In this document: positions 18,340-26,685 of the stretch, piece after piece
Layout: each line of letters starts with the position of its first letter
How positions within the stretch are numbered: the stretch's first letter is position 1
Assembly: GCA_016716835.1 (NCBI GenBank)
Contig: JADJUW010000003.1
Coordinates: 48,534 to 112,533 of the forward strand
Source: Myxococcales bacterium
GTDB taxonomy: Bacteria; Myxococcota_A; Polyangia; Haliangiales; Haliangiaceae
Length of the DNA: 64,000 bases
Direction of reading: 5' to 3'
Notes under the pieces: model-generated
What the model was told of the DNA's origin: nothing
Database searches by the model: none
The model's input: the letters and a program-made list of their open reading frames with translations, nothing else
Translations under genes and position numbers: made by a program

Positions 18340-19751
18340 GGCGTAGCCTTCTTCGGCGTTGAGAGGGGGGTGACAGCCGCAGCGGGCGAGGTCGACGGCG
18401 GAACATAGGCAATCGTCGCGCGCTGGGCGTCGAGGTGCGTCGCCGCCACGCGCCGAATGTCGGCGGCGCTGACCCGCGCCATTTGGGTGAGCTGCGTCGC
18501 GAACGCCGCGGGGTCGCCGTTGACGATCCAGCTATTGCCAAGCAGCTGGGCCAGGTCGCTGCTGCGTTCGAGCTGTCGCATCGCGCCATCGATTAGCCGC
18601 GCCTTCACCAAGGCAAGGTCCTTCTCGTCGACGTCACGCGAGGCCAAGCGAGCCACCTCGTCTAAGATCGCGGCCTGCACCGCCTCGCGGCTCGCAGGAT
18701 CGAGAAAGGCGGCAAAGGCGATGAGCTGGCTTGGGTGTTCGCGCACCAAGATAGGCGATGAGGTTTGAAACGCCAACGGCCCTTTGGTCGCGCCATCGGC
18801 CCGGCTCATGCGGCGCGCAAGTCGCGAAGCCGGCCCATCGCCGAGCAGCGCCGAGATTACGCGCAGCGGCGCAATGTCGGCGTGACCTCCGCGCGGAATG
18901 GGAAATCCAACCATGATCATGCCCACCGCGCTGGCCTCGGCAGTGACGGTGCGCGGCGCCGTTTGCGCCGGCTCGAGGGCGGCGTCAGCGGGACGCGGAG
19001 GCTGGCCTGCCGCCGCGATCGGACCAAAAAATTTCGTCGCGCCGGCAACCACCTCGGCGAGCGTCGTGTCGCCGACGACCACGAGCAGCGCGTTGTTAGG
19101 TTGATAGTACGCGTCGTAAAACGCGCGCAAGGTCGCCTCGTCAATCGCGTCGACATCGGCGGCGCTACCGTCGGCCGTCCACGCATAAGGATGGCTGCGA
19201 AAGGCGGTGGCCAAAAAGGTGAGCAGGCCCTTGGTCACCGGCGCTGCCAGCAACTGGCGAAGCTCGCGCTGCATCGCGCCGCGCGCGGCCGCAAGCGCCT
19301 CAGGCTGAAACACGAGCCCGCGCATGCGGTCGGCCTCGAGCTGCAGCACCGTCGCGAGATACGCCTTAGGCACGACGTTTTGGAAATAGGTTGCGTCCTC
19401 GGTGGTCGTGGCGCCGACGTAGCCACCGACGCGATTGAGCATGCGCGCGTGATCGTCGGGACGCACGCCCGTCGAGCCCATGAACATGAGATGCTCAAAC
19501 ATGTGGGCGGTACCGCGCCGCGTTTTGGACTCGTCCTTTGAGCCGACCTTGTACCAAATCTGGACGGCGACGAGCGGTGCGCTCGTGCGCGTCACCACGA
19601 CCACCTGCAGGCCATTGGGCAGCTCGGCGGTTTGAACCTCGGCGCTAGGCAGCGCCACATCGGCAAGCGCCAAGCGCGTTCCTGTGGCGGTGGTGGACGC
19701 CACCATGATTGACGCGGCGAACAGTACTTGGCATCCAAGGCGAGTTGGCAT
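18336..19751 (-). CDS. M16-family zinc peptidase (pitrilysin/insulinase-like), active subunit
   Basis: Inverted zinc motif 'GTAHMFEHLMFMGS' (HxxEH). Trimmed to ATG 19751, which is followed by a hydrophobic signal sequence. Confidence 0.85.
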   Translation of the reverse strand: MPTRLGCQVLFAASIMVASTTATGTRLALADVALPSAEVQTAELPNGLQVVVVTRTSAPLVAVQIWYKVGSKDESKTRRGTAHMFEHLMFMGSTGVRPDDHARMLNRVGGYVGATTTEDATYFQNVVPKAYLATVLQLEADRMRGLVFQPEALAAARGAMQRELRQLLAAPVTKGLLTFLATAFRSHPYAWTADGSAADVDAIDEATLRAFYDAYYQPNNALLVVVGDTTLAEVVAGATKFFGPIAAAGQPPRPADAALEPAQTAPRTVTAEASAVGMIMVGFPIPRGGHADIAPLRVISALLGDGPASRLARRMSRADGATKGPLAFQTSSPILVREHPSQLIAFAAFLDPASREAVQAAILDEVARLASRDVDEKDLALVKARLIDGAMRQLERSSDLAQLLGNSWIVNGDPAAFATQLTQMARVSAADIRRVAATHLDAQRATIAYVPPSTSPAAAVTPLSTPKKATP

Positions 19752-19969
19752 AGATGCGCGGCACCCTACCGCCCGCCCAGTGGGGTCGCGACACGGGCTG
19801 GGTGCTTTTGTCGATCTCCGGCGCAATATATCGTAACTATCCTTAATTATTACAAGACAGTTCTCGCTGCACTGTATTTATGGCCCTTGACGGAAATACA
19901 AAATGCGCTACAAAGAAGGCTCTGGGATCTTGGCGAATTCGCTAGGAGATTGGGCAAGGAGGAGGCGTC

Positions 19970-20203
19970 GTGGCAGCCATTCAACAGTCAGCATCTAATT
20001 CAATTTCAGCGTCAGGTCCCATCGGCGTTAAGGTTTTCTCAGCCACCAAAGCGAAGGAACGCGAGGTTCTGGGCGAATACATAACCGAATGGATCGCAAC
20101 TCACCCAGATGTTGAAATTTTCGACAAAATCGTGACGCAATCGTCAGATTCAGAGTTTCATTGTTTAACGATTACGCTGTTTTACAGACAAAAAGCGGCT
20201 TAG
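19970..20203 (+). CDS. Small hypothetical protein (77 aa)
   Basis: GTG start preceded by a strong SD ('gcAAGGAGGAGGcgtc'). Sits in a lower-GC pocket upstream of rpsU. No recognisable motif. Confidence 0.5.
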   Translation: MAAIQQSASNSISASGPIGVKVFSATKAKEREVLGEYITEWIATHPDVEIFDKIVTQSSDSEFHCLTITLFYRQKAA

Positions 20204-20291
20204 GAGACCGGGTGGGCACCTGCTGGCTCTAATTGGCTTCCCGATCTATTTGATCTCGCCTGGGCAATAGAGTACCTACCTCAGTCTATTT

Positions 20292-20540
20292 ATGGACAAC
20301 GGATTCGGAAAACCAGTTGAAGTTGAGGTTCGCGATAGCCTTGAAAAGGCGATGAAGATCCTCAAGCAAAAGATGTCTAAAGAAGGCGTCTTGCAAGAAA
20401 TCAAGCGCCGCCGGTTTTACGAAAAACCGAGCGTCAAAAAGAAGCGTAAATCGCGCGAAGCCAAGAAGCGCACGCGCCGCGAAATGAAGCGCAAGGTCTC
20501 CTTCACCCCCATGGCCGGCGCCAAGCCCGAGCGTACTTAG
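20292..20540 (+). CDS. rpsU: 30S ribosomal protein S21
   Basis: '...SLEKAMKILKQKMSKEGVLQEIKRRRFYEKPSVKKKRKSREAKKR...' matches the S21 core (..AG.l.E.rrR.fYEKP...rKR). It carries a ~20-aa basic C-terminal extension. Confidence 0.88.
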   Translation: MDNGFGKPVEVEVRDSLEKAMKILKQKMSKEGVLQEIKRRRFYEKPSVKKKRKSREAKKRTRREMKRKVSFTPMAGAKPERT

Positions 20541-20620
20541 GGTCACTCACCACCCTTTTTAGTTAAAAAAAATCGAGTAGTTGCACTGCAAAGTGCGGGA
20601 TTTGCAATAGCGCTCCGTCG

Positions 20621-21388
20621 CTAGCAGACGCGCCCCGACAAGATAGCAAGCGGCATGCGAACCGAGATGGGTTCGTTCTCGTCGATTTTGGCAACCGCTC
20701 GTGCGAGTAGGTCATCGACAGCGGCCGAGACATCCGCGTTTTGGCGGCTCACTTTATAGGCCGACCACGTCATTAAATACTCGGCGAGTTGTTGCGACGA
20801 CAACTCTAGTTCGATCGCGAAGGCCGGCGCGCTTACGTGTGGGAACGGGCAGCCGACGGCGGCTGATTGATAGCCGTCCCACAACAGGCGATTATTTTCT
20901 GCCCAGTAGGGTTCAACCAGCGCGCGAAATGGCGCGACTAGCGCTTTATCGATGGCTGGCGAAACGTGCGGCCAGGCATAACCGAAGGCGCAAAAAAAGG
21001 CGCCCGGTGCGGCAACGCGCCTGACCTCTTGCCAGAACGCATTCGTAGCAAACCAATGCAGTGCCTGCGCGACCACAATGAGATCTGTTTGATGCGCGGG
21101 GAGGCCACACGCCTCGGCACTGGCGACGCGGTACTCAACGTTTGCGAGCTGCGCCGCTTGTTCAATTTGGGCCGCACTAACATCTGTCGCGATGACGCGC
21201 TCAAAGTACGGCGCTATGCCAACCGCTGCCTGGCCATTTCCGGTGGCGCAATCCCATGCGGCTACCTTGCGGCTACACTGTGAGGCGAGCCAATGGAACA
21301 GCGGCTCGGGGTATCTCGGTCGCGCCCGCGCGTACGACGCCGAGGCTTCCGAAAACGTGTTGCGCGGTGACGTCATGAGGGGCACCAA
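20621..21388 (-). CDS. Class I SAM-dependent methyltransferase
   Basis: Motif I 'VAAWDCATGNGQAAV', motif post-I 'VIATDVS' and 'LIVVAQALHWF' indicate a Methyltransf_11-like fold. Confidence 0.85.
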   Translation of the reverse strand: MVPLMTSPRNTFSEASASYARARPRYPEPLFHWLASQCSRKVAAWDCATGNGQAAVGIAPYFERVIATDVSAAQIEQAAQLANVEYRVASAEACGLPAHQTDLIVVAQALHWFATNAFWQEVRRVAAPGAFFCAFGYAWPHVSPAIDKALVAPFRALVEPYWAENNRLLWDGYQSAAVGCPFPHVSAPAFAIELELSSQQLAEYLMTWSAYKVSRQNADVSAAVDDLLARAVAKIDENEPISVRMPLAILSGRVC

Positions 21389-21414
21389 GCATATACCGTC
21401 GTAAGCGCGCGCAT

Positions 21415-21443
21415 AAAAAAAGGGCGACCTTGCGGCCGCCCTT
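21415..21443 (-). terminator. Rho-independent terminator (minus strand)
   Basis: Minus-strand RNA reads AAGGGCG-G-CC-GCAA-GG-U-CGCCCUU followed by U7 (plus-strand A-run 21415-21421). It is preceded by a second hairpin GCGCC-GUAA-GGCGC (21456-21469). Confidence 0.65.
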
Positions 21444-21715
21444 GCGAAGACTCTTGCGCCTTACGGCGCGGTTAGGAGGAAGTTAGAAAATGCCCTCCGA
21501 CACGAGTACTTCCGATTGACGTACGTTCTGTTTACAGTGCATGTTGCGTCTTCCTCCTCTAGCAAATGGCCAGAGCCTGGCGGCGGCCCGCGCAAAATGT
21601 CGCGGCTCCCACAACCAGGCCTTCACATTGGGCGCATCGGCCCGTGGCGACGGCACGTCATCACGTGAATCATCATTAACCCATCCGCTTAGTGCCGCCG
21701 GCAACCACATGGTGC
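21415..21715 (-). ncRNA. Candidate structured RNA / leader transcript of unknown class, containing a 19-codon mini-ORF at 21483-21542
   Basis: Bounded by the promoter and terminator above. Third-position GC is much lower than in neighbouring genes. Nested helices include GCCUGG...CCAGGC, CCGCG-acauuuug-CGCGG and CACGU-gaug-ACGUG. A 9-bp SD/anti-SD pairing AGGAGGAAG (21558-21550) / CUUCCUCCU (21482-21474) is also present. Confidence 0.35.
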
Positions 21716-21721
21716 ATCTCA

Positions 21722-21751
21722 AGTATATGGCACGCGATCTGCGGTTCGCAA
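21722..21751 (-). promoter_or_regulatory. Candidate sigma70-type promoter (minus strand)
   Basis: On the minus strand: TTGCGA (21751-21746), an 18-nt spacer, then TATACT (21727-21722). It lies in an AT-richer stretch facing the terminator about 300 nt away. Confidence 0.4.
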
Positions 21752-21830
21752 GATTACATAATCAACAAAGATTCCAAACGGTTAGGTAGGTGCGTGCGCC
21801 CAGGTGTGGCACTTTGTGGTAGGAGAGCGC

Positions 21831-22205
21831 ATGTCCACCAGGCCGCAAGCCTCGCTTGAAACCTTTCCCAACCCCAAAGCGACGCGCGATTACCACATCG
21901 TGTTTGATTGCCCGGAGTTTACTTGTCTTTGTCCGCTTACCGGACAGCCGGATTTTGCGACGATCGCCATCGACTATGTGCCCGACGCCCTGTGCATCGA
22001 GCTCAAGTCGCTCAAGCTCTATCTGTGGAGCTATCGCGACCAGGGCGCGTTTCACGAGGCCGTGACCAACAAGATTTGCGACGACATCGTCGCCGCCATC
22101 GCGCCACGCAGCGTCACCGTCACCGGCAAGTTCTGGGTGCGCGGCGGCATCGCGACCAATGTCATCGTGACGCACACCGCGGGTAGCGCCCAGGGACGCG
22201 GCTAA
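21831..22205 (+). CDS. queF: NADPH-dependent 7-cyano-7-deazaguanine (preQ0) reductase, type I
   Basis: '[25 protein letters not shown]' and '[13 protein letters not shown]' are QueF signatures. ATG 21831 is preceded by 'GGTAGGAGAG'. Confidence 0.92.
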   Translation: MSTRPQASLETFPNPKATRDYHIVFDCPEFTCLCPLTGQPDFATIAIDYVPDALCIELKSLKLYLWSYRDQGAFHEAVTNKICDDIVAAIAPRSVTVTGKFWVRGGIATNVIVTHTAGSAQGRG

Positions 22206-22208
22206 GGC

Positions 22209-22988
22209 ATGGCGACCGAGCATCCGGCGGCGCCAACCTTGGCCACACTCGATGGCGTCGTCGTGCACTACGGCCGCCGCCTCGCGGTCGACCAGCTCTC
22301 GCTGCGGATTTGCGGCGGCGAGCGGATCGCGCTGCTTGGCGCCAATGGCGCGGGCAAGACCACGACGCTGCTCGCCTTGACCGGCGGCGTGGCGCCCTCG
22401 GCGGGCACCGTCAACGTCATGGGAGGCGAGATGGCCGGCCGCGGCCGCGCCGCCACCAGCGTGCGGCATCTCGCCCACGTCGGGTTTGCTGACCAGCCGC
22501 CATCGCTTTACGAATTTTTGACCGTCACCGAGCACGTGCGATTTGTCGCCGAAACCAGGGGCCTGCCCGACAATAGCGAAACCACGCAGGTCGTGGCCGC
22601 ACTGCTCGCCGATCTCGGGATTGAGCCGTACGCGCATCGCCCGTGCCGCGAGCTTTCTTTCGGGCTTCGCCAGCGCGTCTCGCTCGCGGCGGCATTGGTT
22701 GGTCCGGTCAAGCTGCTGTTGCTTGATGAAAGCGTCAACGGCCTCGATCCGCACGCGATGAAGCGCGCCCTGCACGCGGTGATGCGCCAGGCCTCGGCGC
22801 CCGACACCGCGCTCATTTTTTCGACGCATATGCTCGAGCTGGCCGAAGAAATTTGCACGCGCGCCATCATGATGGAAGACGGCAAGCTGATTGCGGACAT
22901 GTCGCGCGAGACGTGGCAGCTCACGTACGGAAATTTGCGCGCGGCGTACGTCGCGCATGTCGCCGACGGCAAGGCGCGCGAGGCGTGA
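22209..22988 (+). CDS. ABC transporter ATP-binding protein
   Basis: Walker A 'GANGAGKTT', signature 'LSFGLRQRVSLAAAL', Walker B 'LLLLDES'. Confidence 0.9.
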   Translation: MATEHPAAPTLATLDGVVVHYGRRLAVDQLSLRICGGERIALLGANGAGKTTTLLALTGGVAPSAGTVNVMGGEMAGRGRAATSVRHLAHVGFADQPPSLYEFLTVTEHVRFVAETRGLPDNSETTQVVAALLADLGIEPYAHRPCRELSFGLRQRVSLAAALVGPVKLLLLDESVNGLDPHAMKRALHAVMRQASAPDTALIFSTHMLELAEEICTRAIMMEDGKLIADMSRETWQLTYGNLRAAYVAHVADGKAREA

Positions 22989-24136
22989 GCGACGCGGGCT
23001 TGCAGGTGCGTGTCGCGGGCCCCGCGGTGGCCACGATGGCATCATCCGCCTTTCGCCGCTGGATGCGTCTAGAGCACCACGCGCGGCGGCGTGGCGTTTG
23101 GTCGTGGTGGCTCATCGCCTGGGTCGGTGGTGGCGGCGCGCTGGCGGCGTACGCGGCGCGCCAGACGATGTGGCTCGTGCCATGGGGCGCGCTGGCGATT
23201 GCGATCGTCGGCGCGGTGGTGGCCGCGCCCTTTGCGATGTTTTGGCGGCGTGACGCGCGGCTGTGGCAACGGTTGGCCTTGCCCCAGCGCGGCATGTTCG
23301 ACGTCGCGTTGCTTCACCAGGCTCGGCGCAACGCGTGGTTGTTTGCGCCGGTGGTCTTGCTCGCCGCTCTGCAAAGGCAGCCATTTGCGCCGCTGCTCGC
23401 GACGCTTGCGGCCTACGCTTGGGTAACCGGCGCGGGCACGGCGGCGGTTTTTTTGGGCGGCCTGCTTGTTGCTAGCGACAAGACGCACGCGCTGGTCGAC
23501 ACCATGGCCGGCGAATTTCGCCCGCCACGTGTGGTGTGGCTCGGCGCCTTGCCCGCGGTGGTGGGCGGCGTCGCCTTGGCGGCGGTCTGGCTGCTGGGTG
23601 GCGGCGTCGCGCGTACACCCTTGCTGCTCGGCGCCATTGCGACGGTGCTCGCGTCGATCGTTCTCGTGTTGGTAGCGCGCGCCGCAAGCGCGCAGCATTT
23701 TTCGCGCGCGCTCACCGAGGTCGTTGCGCTCGATCGGCAATCGCTTGCGCATGTCGAAATTCAGCCAGTATCGCCAATCGAGGCGCTGTGGTGCCGGCTG
23801 TGGCCTGGCGCTCATGGGCCGCTTTGGCGCGTCACGTTTATGGTGTTGCGGCGACGCTTTCCAATGCGCGGGTTGTGGCTGGCCATCGGCATAGGCGCCG
23901 TCTTGGCCGCACCGTGGTTAGGCTGGCCGCGCTGGGCGGTGGCGACGGTTGCCGGCGTGGTGCTTGCCGCGCTTGACTACGCGCGCGTGAACAATCGCGA
24001 CGTCAAGATGCAGCGCCTTTCGGCGGTGCTCGGCGTCGCGGGTGCCGCCCGCATGGCAGGGCTCGCCGCGCTCGCGCTGCATCTACTGTTATTTTCGCTT
24101 GGCGCGGGCGCGGCGTTCGCGCTCGGCGCGCGCTAG
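22985..24136 (+). CDS. Polytopic membrane protein, putative permease partner of the ABC ATPase
   Basis: GTG 22985 overlaps the ATPase stop (GTGA). An alternative start is ATG 23036. At least 8 hydrophobic segments. No family motif recognised. Confidence 0.6.
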   Translation: MSDAGLQVRVAGPAVATMASSAFRRWMRLEHHARRRGVWSWWLIAWVGGGGALAAYAARQTMWLVPWGALAIAIVGAVVAAPFAMFWRRDARLWQRLALPQRGMFDVALLHQARRNAWLFAPVVLLAALQRQPFAPLLATLAAYAWVTGAGTAAVFLGGLLVASDKTHALVDTMAGEFRPPRVVWLGALPAVVGGVALAAVWLLGGGVARTPLLLGAIATVLASIVLVLVARAASAQHFSRALTEVVALDRQSLAHVEIQPVSPIEALWCRLWPGAHGPLWRVTFMVLRRRFPMRGLWLAIGIGAVLAAPWLGWPRWAVATVAGVVLAALDYARVNNRDVKMQRLSAVLGVAGAARMAGLAALALHLLLFSLGAGAAFALGAR

Positions 24137-24145
24137 GGCTTGCAG

Positions 24146-25480
24146 CTACGGGCCCCAATCAATGCCGGTCGCTGCGCCGGACCAGATTTTTACGGCCGTG
24201 CCTTGGCCGTCGGCCGGCGCGATGTAAATGCCGGCGCCGCCCGGGCGGGTGCTGGCAAAGGCGATGGCGCGGCCATTGGGCGCAAAGCTCGGCTCCTCGT
24301 TGTTGCCTTCATTTTGCGTGATGCGGGCCATGACCTTTGTGGTCAGGTCGAGCGTAACGATGTCGTAGCGCCCGCCATCGCGCGTGGTGTACGCCAGCAC
24401 GCGGCCGCGCGGCGACCACGTTGGCGTGGTGTTGTAGTTGCCATTTTGCGACACCCGCTTGGGCGTGCCTCCGCTGGCGCTCACCACGTAAATTTGTGGG
24501 CTGCCGTCGCGATCCGACACAAACGCCAGCTCGCGGCCATCGGACGACCACGCCGGCGAGGTGTCGATGCCGCGGTCGTTGGTGATGCGACGCACGATGC
24601 TGCCATCGCTCACATTGATGATATAAATTTCTGCATTGCCGTCTTTCGACAGCGTCACCGCGAGCTGCGAGCCATCGGGCGAGAACGACGCCCCGGTATT
24701 CATGCCCTTGTACGAGGCGACCTTGCGCGGCCGACCGCCACCGGCGCCCACCACGTACAAGTCGGGATTGTTGCGCATGTACGACGTAAAGGCGACCAGG
24801 GCGCCGCTGCGCGACCACGCCGGCAAGATGTTGGTCGACGTGTTGCGGGTGATGGCGGTGGCGTTCGCGCCATCGCAATCAATCGCAAAAACCTGGCTCG
24901 ACGTGCCCTTTTTCGTGACAAACGCCAGGCGCGAGCCAAAAAAGCCGGGCTCGCCCGTTAGGTATTTCACCAGCTCATTGCTCCATTGGTGAGCAAAGCC
25001 TCGGACGTCGGCCTTTTTGCCGCTATAGGTGCGCGTCAGCCGAACGTCGGCGCCCTTGGCGACCTCGTAAAAACGAAACTCAAGGGCGATGCGGTCGCCC
25101 GTGGTGGTGGCGCGATACTTCACCACCCCGTAGGCGCCAACGTCGCGCCATTTAGCCGGGTCAATTCCCATGCTCTCTACCGCTAAGTCGGCAAGAAACG
25201 ACTTTGGATCGAGCACCTTAAAATAGCCGGCGATCGCTAGATTTTTCGACAACACCTCAGCGATCTCGCGCGACGCCGCGAGGTCGCTTGCCACGCCCTG
25301 CGGCACGGCGATGGGGTAGGCGGTGTGTTTGGCGCCGGCGACGTCGATGATGACACCGGCGGGTGGCGCCGGTTGCGCCGTCGCATGCGGCACCAAGGTG
25401 ACACACCAGGCAAGGCCACAGATGGCCAACCAGGGCAATGCACGCGGTGAATGACGAGTTACAGCGTATATCGTATGCAT
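24146..25480 (-). CDS. tolB: Tol-Pal system beta-propeller protein TolB
   Basis: Signal peptide, TolB N-domain, and repeated blades '[24 protein letters not shown]', '[22 protein letters not shown]' and '[22 protein letters not shown]'. Confidence 0.9.
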   Translation of the reverse strand: MHTIYAVTRHSPRALPWLAICGLAWCVTLVPHATAQPAPPAGVIIDVAGAKHTAYPIAVPQGVASDLAASREIAEVLSKNLAIAGYFKVLDPKSFLADLAVESMGIDPAKWRDVGAYGVVKYRATTTGDRIALEFRFYEVAKGADVRLTRTYSGKKADVRGFAHQWSNELVKYLTGEPGFFGSRLAFVTKKGTSSQVFAIDCDGANATAITRNTSTNILPAWSRSGALVAFTSYMRNNPDLYVVGAGGGRPRKVASYKGMNTGASFSPDGSQLAVTLSKDGNAEIYIINVSDGSIVRRITNDRGIDTSPAWSSDGRELAFVSDRDGSPQIYVVSASGGTPKRVSQNGNYNTTPTWSPRGRVLAYTTRDGGRYDIVTLDLTTKVMARITQNEGNNEEPSFAPNGRAIAFASTRPGGAGIYIAPADGQGTAVKIWSGAATGIDWGP

Positions 25481-26202
25481 ATCTCCCTCGAGGCTTTTCC
25501 GCCAAGCAGGTGCGCTGGCACCGGCTTGGGCGCTTCATTCCATTTAGTCACAAATTGTTCGAGTGCGCGCGCGGCGGCATCGTCGAGCGTGTCGTTGCCG
25601 GTCGTTTCGGCGAGGCGACGTTTGCTGATCGCGCCATCGGCACCCTGCACGACGCAGCCCGCGGGCGCACCCGCATCGGCGCCAGCTAAAATCTTCGGAT
25701 ACTCCCAAAACTCCATCGCCGCGCCCGCAATCTCGCGATTGTACGGATCGCCCTTATTCGCGACCGCCCACCCTTTGTCGCTGCCGTCAGTAGAGCCAAT
25801 CGCGCTTGGGTCGCTGGCGGGGCCGGCGTCGTCGCTAGCGCGGCGAAATTGGTCGTACTGTGAGGCTAGATCTGGTTTGGCGACCGGTTTGGCATCTTTG
25901 AGAGGTTCGATCGGCACCTTGGCATCCGCATCGCGCGATACGCCAGGCGGAGGCTCCGTAAGCGGCGGCGGCGCGACATCTTTTTGCGGCTGCTTGGTCG
26001 GCGCATTATCTGACTTGATGGCGAGGGCGGCCTCGATCGCCTCGAACTGTTCGATCGCGGGGCCTTCGTCGCGCGTGGGCAGATGGGAGGCATAGACGCC
26101 CCCGCCGAACATCATCGCGACCACGACGGTCCCCATGAGTGAAATATTTTTCATCGCGCGCGGCGATTGCGCGTGGCGAGGCATGCTCGCGCCGCGACTC
26201 AT
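25459..26202 (-). CDS. TolA/TonB-like energy-transducer protein
   Basis: N-terminal TM anchor, a Pro/Lys/Asp-rich linker, and a C-terminal TonB_C-like region ('...[15 protein letters not shown]...'). Its position between tolR and tolB suggests a TolA role. Confidence 0.7.
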   Translation of the reverse strand: MSRGASMPRHAQSPRAMKNISLMGTVVVAMMFGGGVYASHLPTRDEGPAIEQFEAIEAALAIKSDNAPTKQPQKDVAPPPLTEPPPGVSRDADAKVPIEPLKDAKPVAKPDLASQYDQFRRASDDAGPASDPSAIGSTDGSDKGWAVANKGDPYNREIAGAAMEFWEYPKILAGADAGAPAGCVVQGADGAISKRRLAETTGNDTLDDAAARALEQFVTKWNEAPKPVPAHLLGGKASREICIRYTL

Positions 26203-26657
26203 TGTGGCGCCCCCGCGGGCACGCCTAAGTCGAGCTGCGCCAAATCGATTTGATTGCCGGGATCGGTGAGCATCATGACCTTGGCCACGCCGGCGCCTCG
26301 CGCAACCGCCATTGCCGTGACCACCACGCCGTATGGCAGGGTCTTATCGGCCTCGATATAAAGCGCGCCCTCGCGCTTTAGCCGCTCGTTGGTCGATAGC
26401 TTGGCGGGTAAGTCCGCCCACACAATCGGCGTCTTGCCGAGCATGAGCTTGTTCGTGCGGTCGATGCTGAGCACCAGCTTGCCCTGCGGGTCATCAAGCG
26501 GCTGCGCGCTCACCGGCGGCAAGTCGACATCGACGCCGGTGTTCATCATGGGCGCCGTCACCATGAAGATGACGAGGAGCACCAGCATCACGTCGACCAT
26601 AGGGGTGACGTTGATCTCCGCGTTTAGCTCGTTGTCGCCACCTAGGTTCATCGACAT
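26199..26657 (-). CDS. tolR: ExbD/TolR biopolymer transport protein
   Basis: '[20 protein letters not shown]' TM motif with the conserved Asp. 152 aa. 4-nt overlap with the next gene. Confidence 0.88.
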   Translation of the reverse strand: MSMNLGGDNELNAEINVTPMVDVMLVLLVIFMVTAPMMNTGVDVDLPPVSAQPLDDPQGKLVLSIDRTNKLMLGKTPIVWADLPAKLSTNERLKREGALYIEADKTLPYGVVVTAMAVARGAGVAKVMMLTDPGNQIDLAQLDLGVPAGAPQ

Positions 26658-26685
26658 GGGGTTGCTCTATGGGGTGTTAGACGCG

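Noticed and set aside
20583-20596. GCACT-gcaa-AGTGC hairpin after rpsU as a terminator
   Set aside because: The stem is only 5 bp with no U-tract, which is too weak to call.
21415-21715. Identification of the candidate RNA as RNase P RNA, tmRNA, SRP RNA, 6S RNA or a cobalamin/SAM riboswitch
   Set aside because: The hallmark strings are absent on both strands: GGAAAGUCCGG and ACAGAACCCGGCUUA for RNase P, GGGG...UCCACCA ends for tmRNA, GGAAGCAGCC for SRP, and the B12 box. It is therefore left as an unknown class.
21483-21722. 79-aa minus-strand ORF as a conventional protein gene
   Set aside because: Mixed third-position composition, a Trp/Arg-rich implausible sequence, no SD at its start, and a start that lies upstream of the predicted transcription start. 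Only the terminal 19 codons have a translation signal.
21752-21830. Possible preQ1 riboswitch in front of queF
   Set aside because: I could not find the conserved preQ1-I/II core (short hairpin plus an A-rich tail with the ACUA/CCC context). The 5' region is short and the SD looks unoccluded. It needs an Rfam scan to exclude formally.
21762-23045. 427-aa minus-strand ORF spanning queF and the ABC ATPase gene
   Set aside because: It is antisense to two genes with unambiguous motifs. Its Arg/Gly/His/Ala-rich, low-complexity translation is typical of shadow ORFs in high-GC DNA.
24140-24961. 273-aa plus-strand ORF opposite tolB, with similar antisense ORFs at 40397-41469, 45327-46130, 46658-47488, 54637-55272 and 57725-58342
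   Set aside because: All overlap genes with clear family motifs and show the Arg/Ala/Gly-rich composition of GC-rich antisense frames.
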